From the IMG/VR virus record IMGVR_UViG_3300030372_002673, positions 1-29,030 of that record: DNA of 29,030 nucleotides, one strand, 5' to 3'. This DNA is from a virus (taxonomy: Duplodnaviria > Caudoviricetes). The notes beneath the pieces are model-generated. The model did no database searches. It was not told where the DNA came from and saw only the letters and a list, made by a program, of their open reading frames with translations. Every line of letters starts with the position of its first letter. Position 1 is the first letter of the stretch. Below, piece after piece: positions 7,977-15,694 of the stretch. Position numbers and translations under genes: made by a program.

Positions 7977-9869
7977 ATGAATTTAGATTTAATAAAATTA
8001 TCACATTATAACATACCTCATTTAGTAGAAGATACTAGGAATGATTGGATTTCTTTTGGTGAGGATAACCTTTATCCAAATTATTTGCTAGAGCTATTCT
8101 TGGGAAGTGCTATTAATGGCGCTTTAGTTAAGTCAATAGGAGCAATGATTTATGGTGAAGGTCTAGCAGCAACAAATGCTGATGAAACAATAGATACTAA
8201 AGAATCATATTTAAGACTAACAGAACTTTTACATAATTCTGATGATGATGTATTAAAAGACCTTGCAATGGATTTAAAGCTGTTTGGTGGTTGTTATGTA
8301 AACGTAATATGGTCAAGAGATAGAAGTACAATAGCTAAAATATCTCATATTGGTGCTCAATATATTCGTTCAGGAAAAATGATAGACGGAGAAATAAGAA
8401 ATTATTATTATTCTGCTGATTGGTCTAAAGCTAAAAAAGGTGAATTTAAGCCAAGACCTTATGCTGCTTTTAGTACAGAAGATAGAACACAAGCAAGTCA
8501 AATTTTAATGATTAGAGATAAAAACCCTGCATTATTTTACGGTTTTGCCCCAGATTATGTCGGTTCTACGGATTATATACAGCTAGACCTCGAAATTGCA
8601 CAGTTTCATTTATCTAATATATCAAACGGAATGTTTCCGAGTATGGCTATAAATTTTGCTAACGGTGTTCCAACAATAGAGGAAAGACGCACTATAGAAC
8701 GGCAAATTACTCAAAAATTCAGTTCTAGTCAGGCAGCAGGCAAGATATTGCTTACGTTTAATGACGGAAAGGATACTGCTCCTGAGATTGTTCCAATAGA
8801 TTCTAACAATGCTTCAGAAAGCTATCAGTTTTTAAGTAAAGAGGTAGTTAATAAAATTTTAAGCGGACACAGAGTAACAAGCCCATTATTATTTGGAATA
8901 CGAGCAGAAGGTGGTGGATTGGGTTCAAATGCTGATGAATTACGAGATGCTTTTAGTTTATTTTCGAATACAGTCATAGTTCCTTTCCAAAACGTACTTT
9001 TAAAGGGTTTAGACAAGATATTTAGAGTTAATGATATAAACCTTGATTTGTACTTTAAATCGCTTAAACCTGCTGATTTTATTGATTTAGAAGTTACAAA
9101 GACACAAAGTGAAGAAGACCAAGAAAAAGAAGGTGTATCAAAAGAGGACATAGATACTGAGGAATTGGTGGAAATGAAAGCAATAGATGTAGAAGATGAT
9201 GATGTATGTTTGGACTATTTTGATGATATAGGAATTACACTAGATGATGATGAGTGGTTTGAAGCACACCAAGAAGAATTAGATGAGTTTGAAATAGATA
9301 GCCGATACCATGAGTTTGCTTATGCTCCTGCAGGGACACCAAATGTTGCTGATAGTTCTAGTGATATAGGTATGTTTAGGGTTTTATATAGATACTCACA
9401 AACATTATCTATTGATAATAAAACAGGTAAAGTAACAAGCAGAAAATTTTGTGAAAAAATGGTTGCAAAATCTAAGCAAGGCACATTGTATAGAATAGAA
9501 GACTTGAAAAAAGCATCACAAAAAGCAGTCAATAAAGGATTTGGACCTAATGGCTCAAACACGTATAATATCGCTTTGTACAAGGGCGGTGCTAATTGCC
9601 GCCATAAGTGGGTTCGAGTATTCTATTTTAGAAGACAAGTTCCTAAAGGACAGACTTTTGTTGATGTTGATGGTAAAGAATACAAAGAGTTTGAATACCT
9701 ACCTAATGGAACATTAAATAATTTTAAACTTGTTTCACAGCAATTTGCGAATGGTAAAATGCCAATGCCTGATGATGCAGAAATGAGAAAAACAACTTGG
9801 AAACTACCAAATCATGGATTTTTAAAACCAAGAGTAGAAAAAGAACGTAGCAGGTCAACACCTGTATAA
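7977..9869 (+). CDS. Portal protein with fused C-terminal Cys/His domain
   Basis: The N-terminal ~365 aa are portal-like (WISFGEDNLYPNYL, SNISNGMFPS, ILSGHRVTSPLLFGI, FSNTVIVPFQ). An acidic linker follows, then a domain with SRKFC...YKGGANCRHKW. Confidence 0.8.
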   Translation: MNLDLIKLSHYNIPHLVEDTRNDWISFGEDNLYPNYLLELFLGSAINGALVKSIGAMIYGEGLAATNADETIDTKESYLRLTELLHNSDDDVLKDLAMDLKLFGGCYVNVIWSRDRSTIAKISHIGAQYIRSGKMIDGEIRNYYYSADWSKAKKGEFKPRPYAAFSTEDRTQASQILMIRDKNPALFYGFAPDYVGSTDYIQLDLEIAQFHLSNISNGMFPSMAINFANGVPTIEERRTIERQITQKFSSSQAAGKILLTFNDGKDTAPEIVPIDSNNASESYQFLSKEVVNKILSGHRVTSPLLFGIRAEGGGLGSNADELRDAFSLFSNTVIVPFQNVLLKGLDKIFRVNDINLDLYFKSLKPADFIDLEVTKTQSEEDQEKEGVSKEDIDTEELVEMKAIDVEDDDVCLDYFDDIGITLDDDEWFEAHQEELDEFEIDSRYHEFAYAPAGTPNVADSSSDIGMFRVLYRYSQTLSIDNKTGKVTSRKFCEKMVAKSKQGTLYRIEDLKKASQKAVNKGFGPNGSNTYNIALYKGGANCRHKWVRVFYFRRQVPKGQTFVDVDGKEYKEFEYLPNGTLNNFKLVSQQFANGKMPMPDDAEMRKTTWKLPNHGFLKPRVEKERSRSTPV

Positions 9870-9883
9870 AATAAAATAAAAAT

Positions 9884-10465
9884 ATGGCGATACAACACAC
9901 TTTATATATTTCGGCAACAAGACTAAAAAAAGATTCAGCGATTGGTGGTTCAGTTGATGATAATTTAATAATGCCTTATATCTTACTAGCACAAGATATG
10001 CACATACTACCAATACTTGGAACTGATTTAGATGCTAAATTAAAATCAGAAATTCAAGCAGGAACTTTAACAGGGGTTTATAAAACACTAGTTGAAACTT
10101 ATATACAGCCTGCATTGGTTCAATATAGTTTTGTATCACTTGTGCCGTATTTGCGACTTAGATTCGTTAATAATGCAGTTGTGGTTATGGGAGCAACAGA
10201 CCAATCATCTAGTGCTAGTTATGAAGATTTACAACCCGTAATGGATACGGCCACTGATGCAGCAGAATTTTATAGACAGCGCTGTATAGATTACTTGCAG
10301 AATAATACATCTTCATTTAGTGAATACTCAAGTAATACGGGAGCTGATTTAGACCCTACTACTTCAAATTATTTTTCAGGCATACAGCTAGACCCTAGTA
10401 TACCAAGAGGTAATCAATTACAAGCATTTTTACAAGGAGCTGGAATTACTATTTATGGCTGTTAA
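9884..10465 (+). CDS. Head-tail adaptor/connector (putative)
   Basis: 193-aa helical protein directly after the portal gene (AQDMHILPILGTDL, AEFYRQRCIDYL). The call rests mainly on position. Confidence 0.55.
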   Translation: MAIQHTLYISATRLKKDSAIGGSVDDNLIMPYILLAQDMHILPILGTDLDAKLKSEIQAGTLTGVYKTLVETYIQPALVQYSFVSLVPYLRLRFVNNAVVVMGATDQSSSASYEDLQPVMDTATDAAEFYRQRCIDYLQNNTSSFSEYSSNTGADLDPTTSNYFSGIQLDPSIPRGNQLQAFLQGAGITIYGC

Positions 10466-10574
10466 GAAACATAAAAATTACCCAAGTAGTTTGGAGAATT
10501 TTAAAAAGCTAAAGAATTATATTAAAAAATTAACTAAAACTAACAAAAATGGCGGGACAAAGATTAACCGATAA
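10455..10574 (+). CDS. Small basic protein (39 aa); not in the ORF track
   Basis: MAVKKHKNYPSSLENFKKLKNYIKKLTKTNKNGGTKINR. It bridges the 83-nt gap, overlapping both neighbouring genes. Confidence 0.4.
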   Translation: MAVKKHKNYPSSLENFKKLKNYIKKLTKTNKNGGTKINR

Positions 10575-11094
10575 AACAGCACTTGATGAGCAATTGGGTT
10601 CAGGAGATTTATTTATGGTGGTTGATGTAAACGACACCACAGGTTCAACGGCAGGAACTAGCAAAAAGTTTGACACAAAATACTTAATACAAACAGATAA
10701 AATATCTGTATCAAACGCAGAGTTACACGCTATGAAAGCTACAGGCGGAGCGGGTACGTTTAAAACATTAGTAGGGGCTTTGAGTGGTTATATGATAACA
10801 GTATACAATGTAACGATACTAACTACTTATGCAGCTTCAACGGAAGCCTCTAGTGAAAATTTATTTTTAGGCTATAAATCTGATGACACAACTGCTTATT
10901 GGGGTACTGCTAGGGATTTTATGAATGGAAGCACAAAAAGTATTTCTGCTTGTTTTACAGGTGCATTTGTACCAAATGGAACTTGTACAGAATCACTTTT
11001 AAATAAACCTTTTTTAATGTATTCAAGTGACAATTTTGATGGTGGTTGGACTTGTGATGTTTATGTGACTTATGCTTATACTAAAGTATTATGA
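10549..11094 (+). CDS. Short tail fibre/virion appendage-like protein
   Basis: The N-terminus (RLTDKTAL...GDLFMVVDVNDTTGSTAGTSKK) resembles fibre-anchor motifs, and the C-terminal domain is beta-rich. Confidence 0.45.
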   Translation: MAGQRLTDKTALDEQLGSGDLFMVVDVNDTTGSTAGTSKKFDTKYLIQTDKISVSNAELHAMKATGGAGTFKTLVGALSGYMITVYNVTILTTYAASTEASSENLFLGYKSDDTTAYWGTARDFMNGSTKSISACFTGAFVPNGTCTESLLNKPFLMYSSDNFDGGWTCDVYVTYAYTKVL

Positions 11095-12110
11095 TGAAGT
11101 ATTTATTTTTATTAATTCCGCTTTTGTCTTTTGGGCAAATAGATTTTTTCAAGTATTCTACTATTTATACATCTATGAATATAAATACAAGTATGGTAGA
11201 AAGACAGGACTATATTTCTATTGATAAAGGATATGAAGATATTACACAAATAAATCCATACGATTTTAATTTAAGTATTGGAATCCGTAAAATTGCTAGA
11301 TATGCGTATGAACAAAAAAAACGAACTTGGTTTACAGGAACAGAATACAATGTTTCAGAAAATGTTACTATTTCCAATGCTATGGGTTTTGAGTATCTTG
11401 CTAATTATGCAGTGGTTCGTAGTCGTGGTGACACACTTATTGAGCAGAATTATTGGTTACGATACTTGGGAAAAAGATTTGTAGTAAAAGCACAATATAC
11501 TGATAGACAACGTGTTAATTTAAGATATAATTCATTAGATGCTAGATTAAGACTAACAAAAGGGAGGTTCGATATTACATTAGGGGGTGTATTTAGACAA
11601 CACAATCCTTATGGAATTACACCAATAGATGACCTTTGGATTCCAGGAGAACAATCATTCCGACAATTAGCAGAAGAATTTGGCTATTCAAATGAGTTTG
11701 TAAATGGCAGATGGCATTGGTTTAAAAATGATGAATTACTTGCAACATCTAATGATGAGTTCTACAAACACTATTTTGGTCAAGCTATAGCGGATTATAA
11801 TGAACAAGAATTAGAAAAATTAGGTATGCAAAATGAACTTAGTTTAGTTATTGGTCTAGCATACTATAAATACAATCCAAATTACTGGATACACATTTGG
11901 GCTAATTTAATGCCTTTTCACTATGGTTTGGACGAATACTCTTTCGACTATGAAGAAAGTGGCTTAAAACAGCTAGAAATGGATGCAGGAAGTGTTTTAG
12001 GCGTTAGAATTACAAAGCACTTAGGATTATTTGCAGAAGGAACGTATTTGAAGTATTGGAATAAGCCTGTATATGAATGTAAATTTGGGTTTAATTATTT
12101 AATCTTTTAG
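11091..12110 (+). CDS. Putative outer-membrane beta-barrel protein
   Basis: Sec signal MKYLFLLIPLLSFG|Q, many amphipathic Tyr/Trp/Gly-rich strands, and a C-terminal strand YECKFGFNYLIF ending in Phe (BAM beta-signal-like). Confidence 0.7.
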   Translation: MMKYLFLLIPLLSFGQIDFFKYSTIYTSMNINTSMVERQDYISIDKGYEDITQINPYDFNLSIGIRKIARYAYEQKKRTWFTGTEYNVSENVTISNAMGFEYLANYAVVRSRGDTLIEQNYWLRYLGKRFVVKAQYTDRQRVNLRYNSLDARLRLTKGRFDITLGGVFRQHNPYGITPIDDLWIPGEQSFRQLAEEFGYSNEFVNGRWHWFKNDELLATSNDEFYKHYFGQAIADYNEQELEKLGMQNELSLVIGLAYYKYNPNYWIHIWANLMPFHYGLDEYSFDYEESGLKQLEMDAGSVLGVRITKHLGLFAEGTYLKYWNKPVYECKFGFNYLIF

Positions 12111-12112
12111 TT

Positions 12113-12676
12113 ATGAAAAAATTATTGTTTTTATTTTTAATATGTGGATATGCTTTTAGTCAAACGAATTGTGAATTATGTGTGGAAACAGGTGGCTTCT
12201 ATTGTGGAGATGATGAATCTAATTGGACTCAGTATAGCCCTCTTGGTTGCGTTCCTAATGGTCTTGGCGGCTTACAGTATCTTAATGATGGTTGGGAAGA
12301 TTGTGTTGATGGTTCAGATGAAGCAAATGCCGTTCCAACAACACTAGCTGATTGTGGATTATATGTTGAAAGTTGTGATACAGTATTTGTAGAAATACCT
12401 GTTATTGAAATAATAACACAAACAGATACTATTGTTGAAACAATAATAGAAACAGAATACATCACAGAATATCTAACAGACACTATTGTGGAATTTCAAG
12501 AAATCATTATTACTGAATATGTTGATTGTGCAACAGGACTACCTTGTAATAGTGGTATGCAAGAAGTGTTAGATAAGTCAAAAAATACAGGATTATTATA
12601 TGACCTTAATGGTAGAGTTATAATAAAACCTGAAGGAATTTACATAGAAAATGGTTTAATAAAATATAAATTATAA
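12113..12676 (+). CDS. Secreted protein: LDL-receptor class A-like module, Thr/Ile/Glu stalk and T9SS-type C-terminal sorting domain
   Basis: Signal MKKLLFLFLICGYAFS|Q; FYC...CVP...LNDGWEDCVDGSDE; TDTIVE repeats; C-terminus LLYDLNGRVIIKPEGIYIENGLIKYKL. Confidence 0.7.
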   Translation: MKKLLFLFLICGYAFSQTNCELCVETGGFYCGDDESNWTQYSPLGCVPNGLGGLQYLNDGWEDCVDGSDEANAVPTTLADCGLYVESCDTVFVEIPVIEIITQTDTIVETIIETEYITEYLTDTIVEFQEIIITEYVDCATGLPCNSGMQEVLDKSKNTGLLYDLNGRVIIKPEGIYIENGLIKYKL

Positions 12677-12912
12677 TGGATATATTTAAAGATAACAATG
12701 CTTGGAATGAAAAAGCTATAATAGGATTTGTAGCGTTTTTAATAATGTGTTTAATAATGATTGCTGATTTACTTACAGGGTGGATTGGAAAAGACCTAGT
12801 TATAAATGAATTTGTTTACGACAGTTTTGTTTATGTAGTTTTGGGCTGTTTTGGAATTAGTGGAATAGAAAAGTTTTCAGGTAAAAAATGTGATAACTCT
12901 TGTAACAAATGA
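12676..12912 (+). CDS. Two-TM membrane protein, holin-like
   Basis: 78 aa with two hydrophobic helices (AIIGFVAFLIMCLIMIADLL; FVYVVLGCFGISGI) and a charged C-terminus. Confidence 0.55.
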   Translation: MDIFKDNNAWNEKAIIGFVAFLIMCLIMIADLLTGWIGKDLVINEFVYDSFVYVVLGCFGISGIEKFSGKKCDNSCNK

Positions 12913-13178
12913 AAATAAACGAATCCTCAGAATTTACACTTGATTTAAAAACTATTATAATGATAATTGGCTTTGTAATATCATTGTCTGCTACCTATTT
13001 TACGCTGATGGCAGAAGTAGAAATTGCAAAGACATTACCTGAAATGCCAATTAGTGAGAAAGAATTTGAGCTGAAGGACAAGCTGATTCGTGCTTCTATT
13101 CTTTCAACGCAAGAAGATGTACAAGAAATTAAAGAAGACATGAAGTATTTGAGAGGAAAAATAGATGAAATAAACTAA
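12909..13178 (+). CDS. Single-TM protein with C-terminal coiled coil (holin/antiholin or i-spanin-like)
   Basis: TM segment TIIMIIGFVISLSATYFTL followed by heptads (VQEIKEDMKYLRGKIDEI). Confidence 0.5.
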   Translation: MKINESSEFTLDLKTIIMIIGFVISLSATYFTLMAEVEIAKTLPEMPISEKEFELKDKLIRASILSTQEDVQEIKEDMKYLRGKIDEIN

Positions 13179-13513
13179 TGAATAATTTACCGTATATAAT
13201 AATAGGGCTTTTATTTTTTTGTATTGGTTCTTGTTATGCTCAAGTAAAGGTAGTACATTATAATAGTGAATGGAACTCAGAGAACAATTATAGTATTTCT
13301 GATTTAAAAGATTGCGAAAAAGCTGATGTTGTAATATGTCATAATCCTGAAGAACAAGAAAAGCACAATATATTAGCTGTACCTACTTTAATTGTATTTG
13401 ATAACAATATAGAAATAGCAAGGTATGAAGCAAATATAATGATGGAATTAGATATATCTATTAGTGATTTACAAGATACAATAGACAAGGTTTATTTAGA
13501 AAAATTTGAATGA
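13178..13513 (+). CDS. Secreted thioredoxin-fold protein lacking CxxC
   Basis: Signal ending SCYA|Q. VVHYNSEWNSEN occupies the WCxxC position, and HNILAVPTLIVFDNNIEIARY is the thioredoxin cis-Pro/beta-strand signature. Confidence 0.6.
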   Translation: MNNLPYIIIGLLFFCIGSCYAQVKVVHYNSEWNSENNYSISDLKDCEKADVVICHNPEEQEKHNILAVPTLIVFDNNIEIARYEANIMMELDISISDLQDTIDKVYLEKFE

Positions 13514-14007
13514 GATTAAGCAAAAATTTCACATTACAAGAATTAATTAAAAGTAATACGGCATTAAGACGTGGATTAGATAATGTACCCGACAAGGAAC
13601 AGATTATCAAATTAAGACTTCTAGCCACTCACCTTTTACAGCCACTCAGGAATGCAGTAGGTTCTATTAGGATAACGAGTGGTTATAGAAGTCCTGAACT
13701 CTGTGTAGTCTTGGGTAGCAAAATTACAAGTCAACATACAAAGGCAGAAGCAGTTGACTGTCAGTATGTTAAGCGTGGCAAAATGGATAATCTTAAAATA
13801 TATAAAGCACTTATAGATTTAGATTTAGAATTTGACCAGTGCATATTAGAGTTCGGTGATAGTACCGAATACAATGACCCAATGCACCCTGCATGGATAC
13901 ACATTAGTTGGAAGGTTAGCGAAAATAGACAACAGGTTTTAGTTGCTTACAAAGACGAAAACAACAAAACTAAATATAGACCTATAATTAACTATAAATC
14001 TTTATAA
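13510..14007 (+). CDS. Endolysin, peptidase M15A family (Zn D-Ala-D-Ala peptidase-like)
   Basis: MRLSKNFTLQEL, ITSGYRS, SQHTKAEAVD and WIHIS supply the H/D/H zinc ligands. Confidence 0.9.
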   Translation: MRLSKNFTLQELIKSNTALRRGLDNVPDKEQIIKLRLLATHLLQPLRNAVGSIRITSGYRSPELCVVLGSKITSQHTKAEAVDCQYVKRGKMDNLKIYKALIDLDLEFDQCILEFGDSTEYNDPMHPAWIHISWKVSENRQQVLVAYKDENNKTKYRPIINYKSL

Positions 14008-14381
14008 TGTTAAAAGGAATTTTTAAATCAATTTTAGGAAATGCAGCTGACATCATAGATGAATGTGTTACTACTGAAGAAGAAAAAATGGCTTTAAAAA
14101 TAAAAATGAAGCAATTAATCGCTGATTCAGAGGCTAATGCACAAGAACAAATAACAAGACGTTGGGAAGCAGATGCAAAAGCAGGTTGGTTACCTGCAAA
14201 TATCAGACCACTTACATTAGCATTTCTAATAGTATCAACAGTATTATTAGTGTTTATTGATAGTGGTGCAATTAATTTTAATGTAGAAGAACGGTGGGTT
14301 GCCCTGTTAGAAATATGTTTAATTACTACGATTGGAGCATATTTTGGAAGCAGAGGTTTAGAAAAAATAAAAAAGAAATAG
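14007..14381 (+). CDS. Holin (GTA-type 3TM holin family)
   Basis: EQITRRWEAD...WLPANIRPL followed by two TM segments and IGAYFGSRGLEK; adjacent to the endolysin. Confidence 0.8.
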   Translation: MLKGIFKSILGNAADIIDECVTTEEEKMALKIKMKQLIADSEANAQEQITRRWEADAKAGWLPANIRPLTLAFLIVSTVLLVFIDSGAINFNVEERWVALLEICLITTIGAYFGSRGLEKIKKK

Positions 14382-15115
14382 ATAATTTAAGACCATACCG
14401 ACCTAGACTTACTGAGTCAGAATATGACTTAATAAAAGCTAATCGAAAAAATAATGGAGAAGGATATAATAATGTTCTAGTTATTGGCGACCTTCATGAA
14501 CCTTTTTGCCTAGAAAAATACAGAAGTTTTTGTTTAGATAAATTCCATGAATTTGACTGTACTGAGGTCATTTTTATTGGGGATATTATTGATAACCATT
14601 TTTCCAGTTACCATGAGACTTCGGCAGATGGAATGGGTGGGGCAGACGAGTTAGAATTATCAATAAACAAAATAAATAAATGGTATAGAGCATTTCCAAA
14701 AGCAACAGTAATTTTGGGAAACCATGACCGAATGGTAATGAGGAAGGCACAAACATCAGCTATACCAAGTAAATGGATTAAAAGCTACAAAGAAGTTTTA
14801 GAAGTTCCTAATTGGAATTTTGTAGAACGCTATGTTAAAGATGGCGTTCAATACATACATGGGGAAGGCGGAACGGCAAGAACTAAGTGTCGTGCAGATA
14901 TGATGAATACCGTTCAAGGGCATTTACATACACAAGCTTATTGTGAGCATTATGTTGGACAAAATTTTAGAGTTTACGGAATGCAAGTCGGTTGCGGAAT
15001 CGACTTTAAGCAATACTCTTTTGCCTATGCTAAGGCAGGAAAGAAACCTGCTATTGGGGTTGGTCTTGTTTTGAATAATGGGAAATTACCCATAAATTTG
15101 TTAATGGAATTATAA
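14315..15115 (+). CDS. Calcineurin-like metallophosphoesterase (start uncertain)
   Basis: All five metal-binding motifs are present: IGDLH, GDIID, GNHD, HG and GHLH. Confidence 0.85.
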   Translation: MFNYYDWSIFWKQRFRKNKKEIDNLRPYRPRLTESEYDLIKANRKNNGEGYNNVLVIGDLHEPFCLEKYRSFCLDKFHEFDCTEVIFIGDIIDNHFSSYHETSADGMGGADELELSINKINKWYRAFPKATVILGNHDRMVMRKAQTSAIPSKWIKSYKEVLEVPNWNFVERYVKDGVQYIHGEGGTARTKCRADMMNTVQGHLHTQAYCEHYVGQNFRVYGMQVGCGIDFKQYSFAYAKAGKKPAIGVGLVLNNGKLPINLLMEL

Positions 15116-15119
15116 TAAT

Positions 15120-15257
15120 ATGAGCAAAGATAAAAACTTATATAGTGAAGAAATCAAACTCAATGCCTATTATACTTATGACAAAAACTTTAATAAAGTT
15201 TATGATACTAAAGGTATTAAAAGGCGATTTAAAGAGTTGGTTAATAAACTAAAATAG
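15120..15257 (+). CDS. Small hypothetical protein (45 aa); not in the ORF track
   Basis: MSKDKNLYSEEIKLNAYYTYDKNFNKVYDTKGIKRRFKELVNKLK. It fills the gap up to the convergent junction. Confidence 0.5.
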   Translation: MSKDKNLYSEEIKLNAYYTYDKNFNKVYDTKGIKRRFKELVNKLK

Positions 15258-15279
15258 ATATAATATAAATATATCTATT
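15253..15279. terminator. AT-rich inverted repeat at the convergent junction (possible bidirectional terminator)
   Basis: AATAGATATA-ATATAAA-TATATCTATT, with perfect 10-bp arms. Confidence 0.4.
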
Positions 15280-15281
15280 GA

Positions 15282-15515
15282 CTATGCAATTAGTCGGTAA
15301 CGAACTACTTGCGTAAATTTCCTGTCCCCATTATCTTTTATCCATCTTGTTGGAACTTCTACATAATCATTAACTATATTATATCCATCTTTTCTCAAAT
15401 CAAATATAGTTGCTGATAATCTAGTATTCCCTAAATCCCTAATTGCTTCTAGACTTGTTATACTACCATAAGTTGATAAATAACCTGCTAATCTTGTGTA
15501 ATGTGTTTCTCTCAT
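15282..15515 (-). CDS. Winged helix-turn-helix protein (HTH_39-like)
   Basis: GSITSLEAIRDLGNTRLSATIFDLRKDGYNI...VVRYRL. Confidence 0.75.
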   Translation of the reverse strand: MRETHYTRLAGYLSTYGSITSLEAIRDLGNTRLSATIFDLRKDGYNIVNDYVEVPTRWIKDNGDRKFTQVVRYRLIA

Positions 15516-15694
15516 AATTCTTTAATGTATTTAATGGTTTGCTTTTTAATGTATTTAACATCTATCCATTCCAATAGTTCAAAAGCATTTAAAACTATTG
15601 TAAATTCATTTCCATTTTCATCTGTTCCTGACAAATAAACTTCATTGTCTTTACAATGAAAAGTGTTTATGTCGTGTAAATTTTTATATTTCAT
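15512..15694 (-). CDS. Hypothetical early protein (60 aa)
   Basis: Start and stop overlap those of both neighbours in the leftward operon. Confidence 0.65.
   Translation of the reverse strand: MKYKNLHDINTFHCKDNEVYLSGTDENGNEFTIVLNAFELLEWIDVKYIKKQTIKYIKEL

Noticed and set aside
4376-12483. Nested or alternate-frame ORFs at 4376-4573, 8825-9151, 9320-9583, 11278-11484, 12144-12347 and 12229-12483
   Set aside because: Fully embedded in motif-bearing genes with no motifs of their own. 11278-11484 and 12144-12347 were considered as embedded spanins but show no convincing N-terminal signal plus lipobox.
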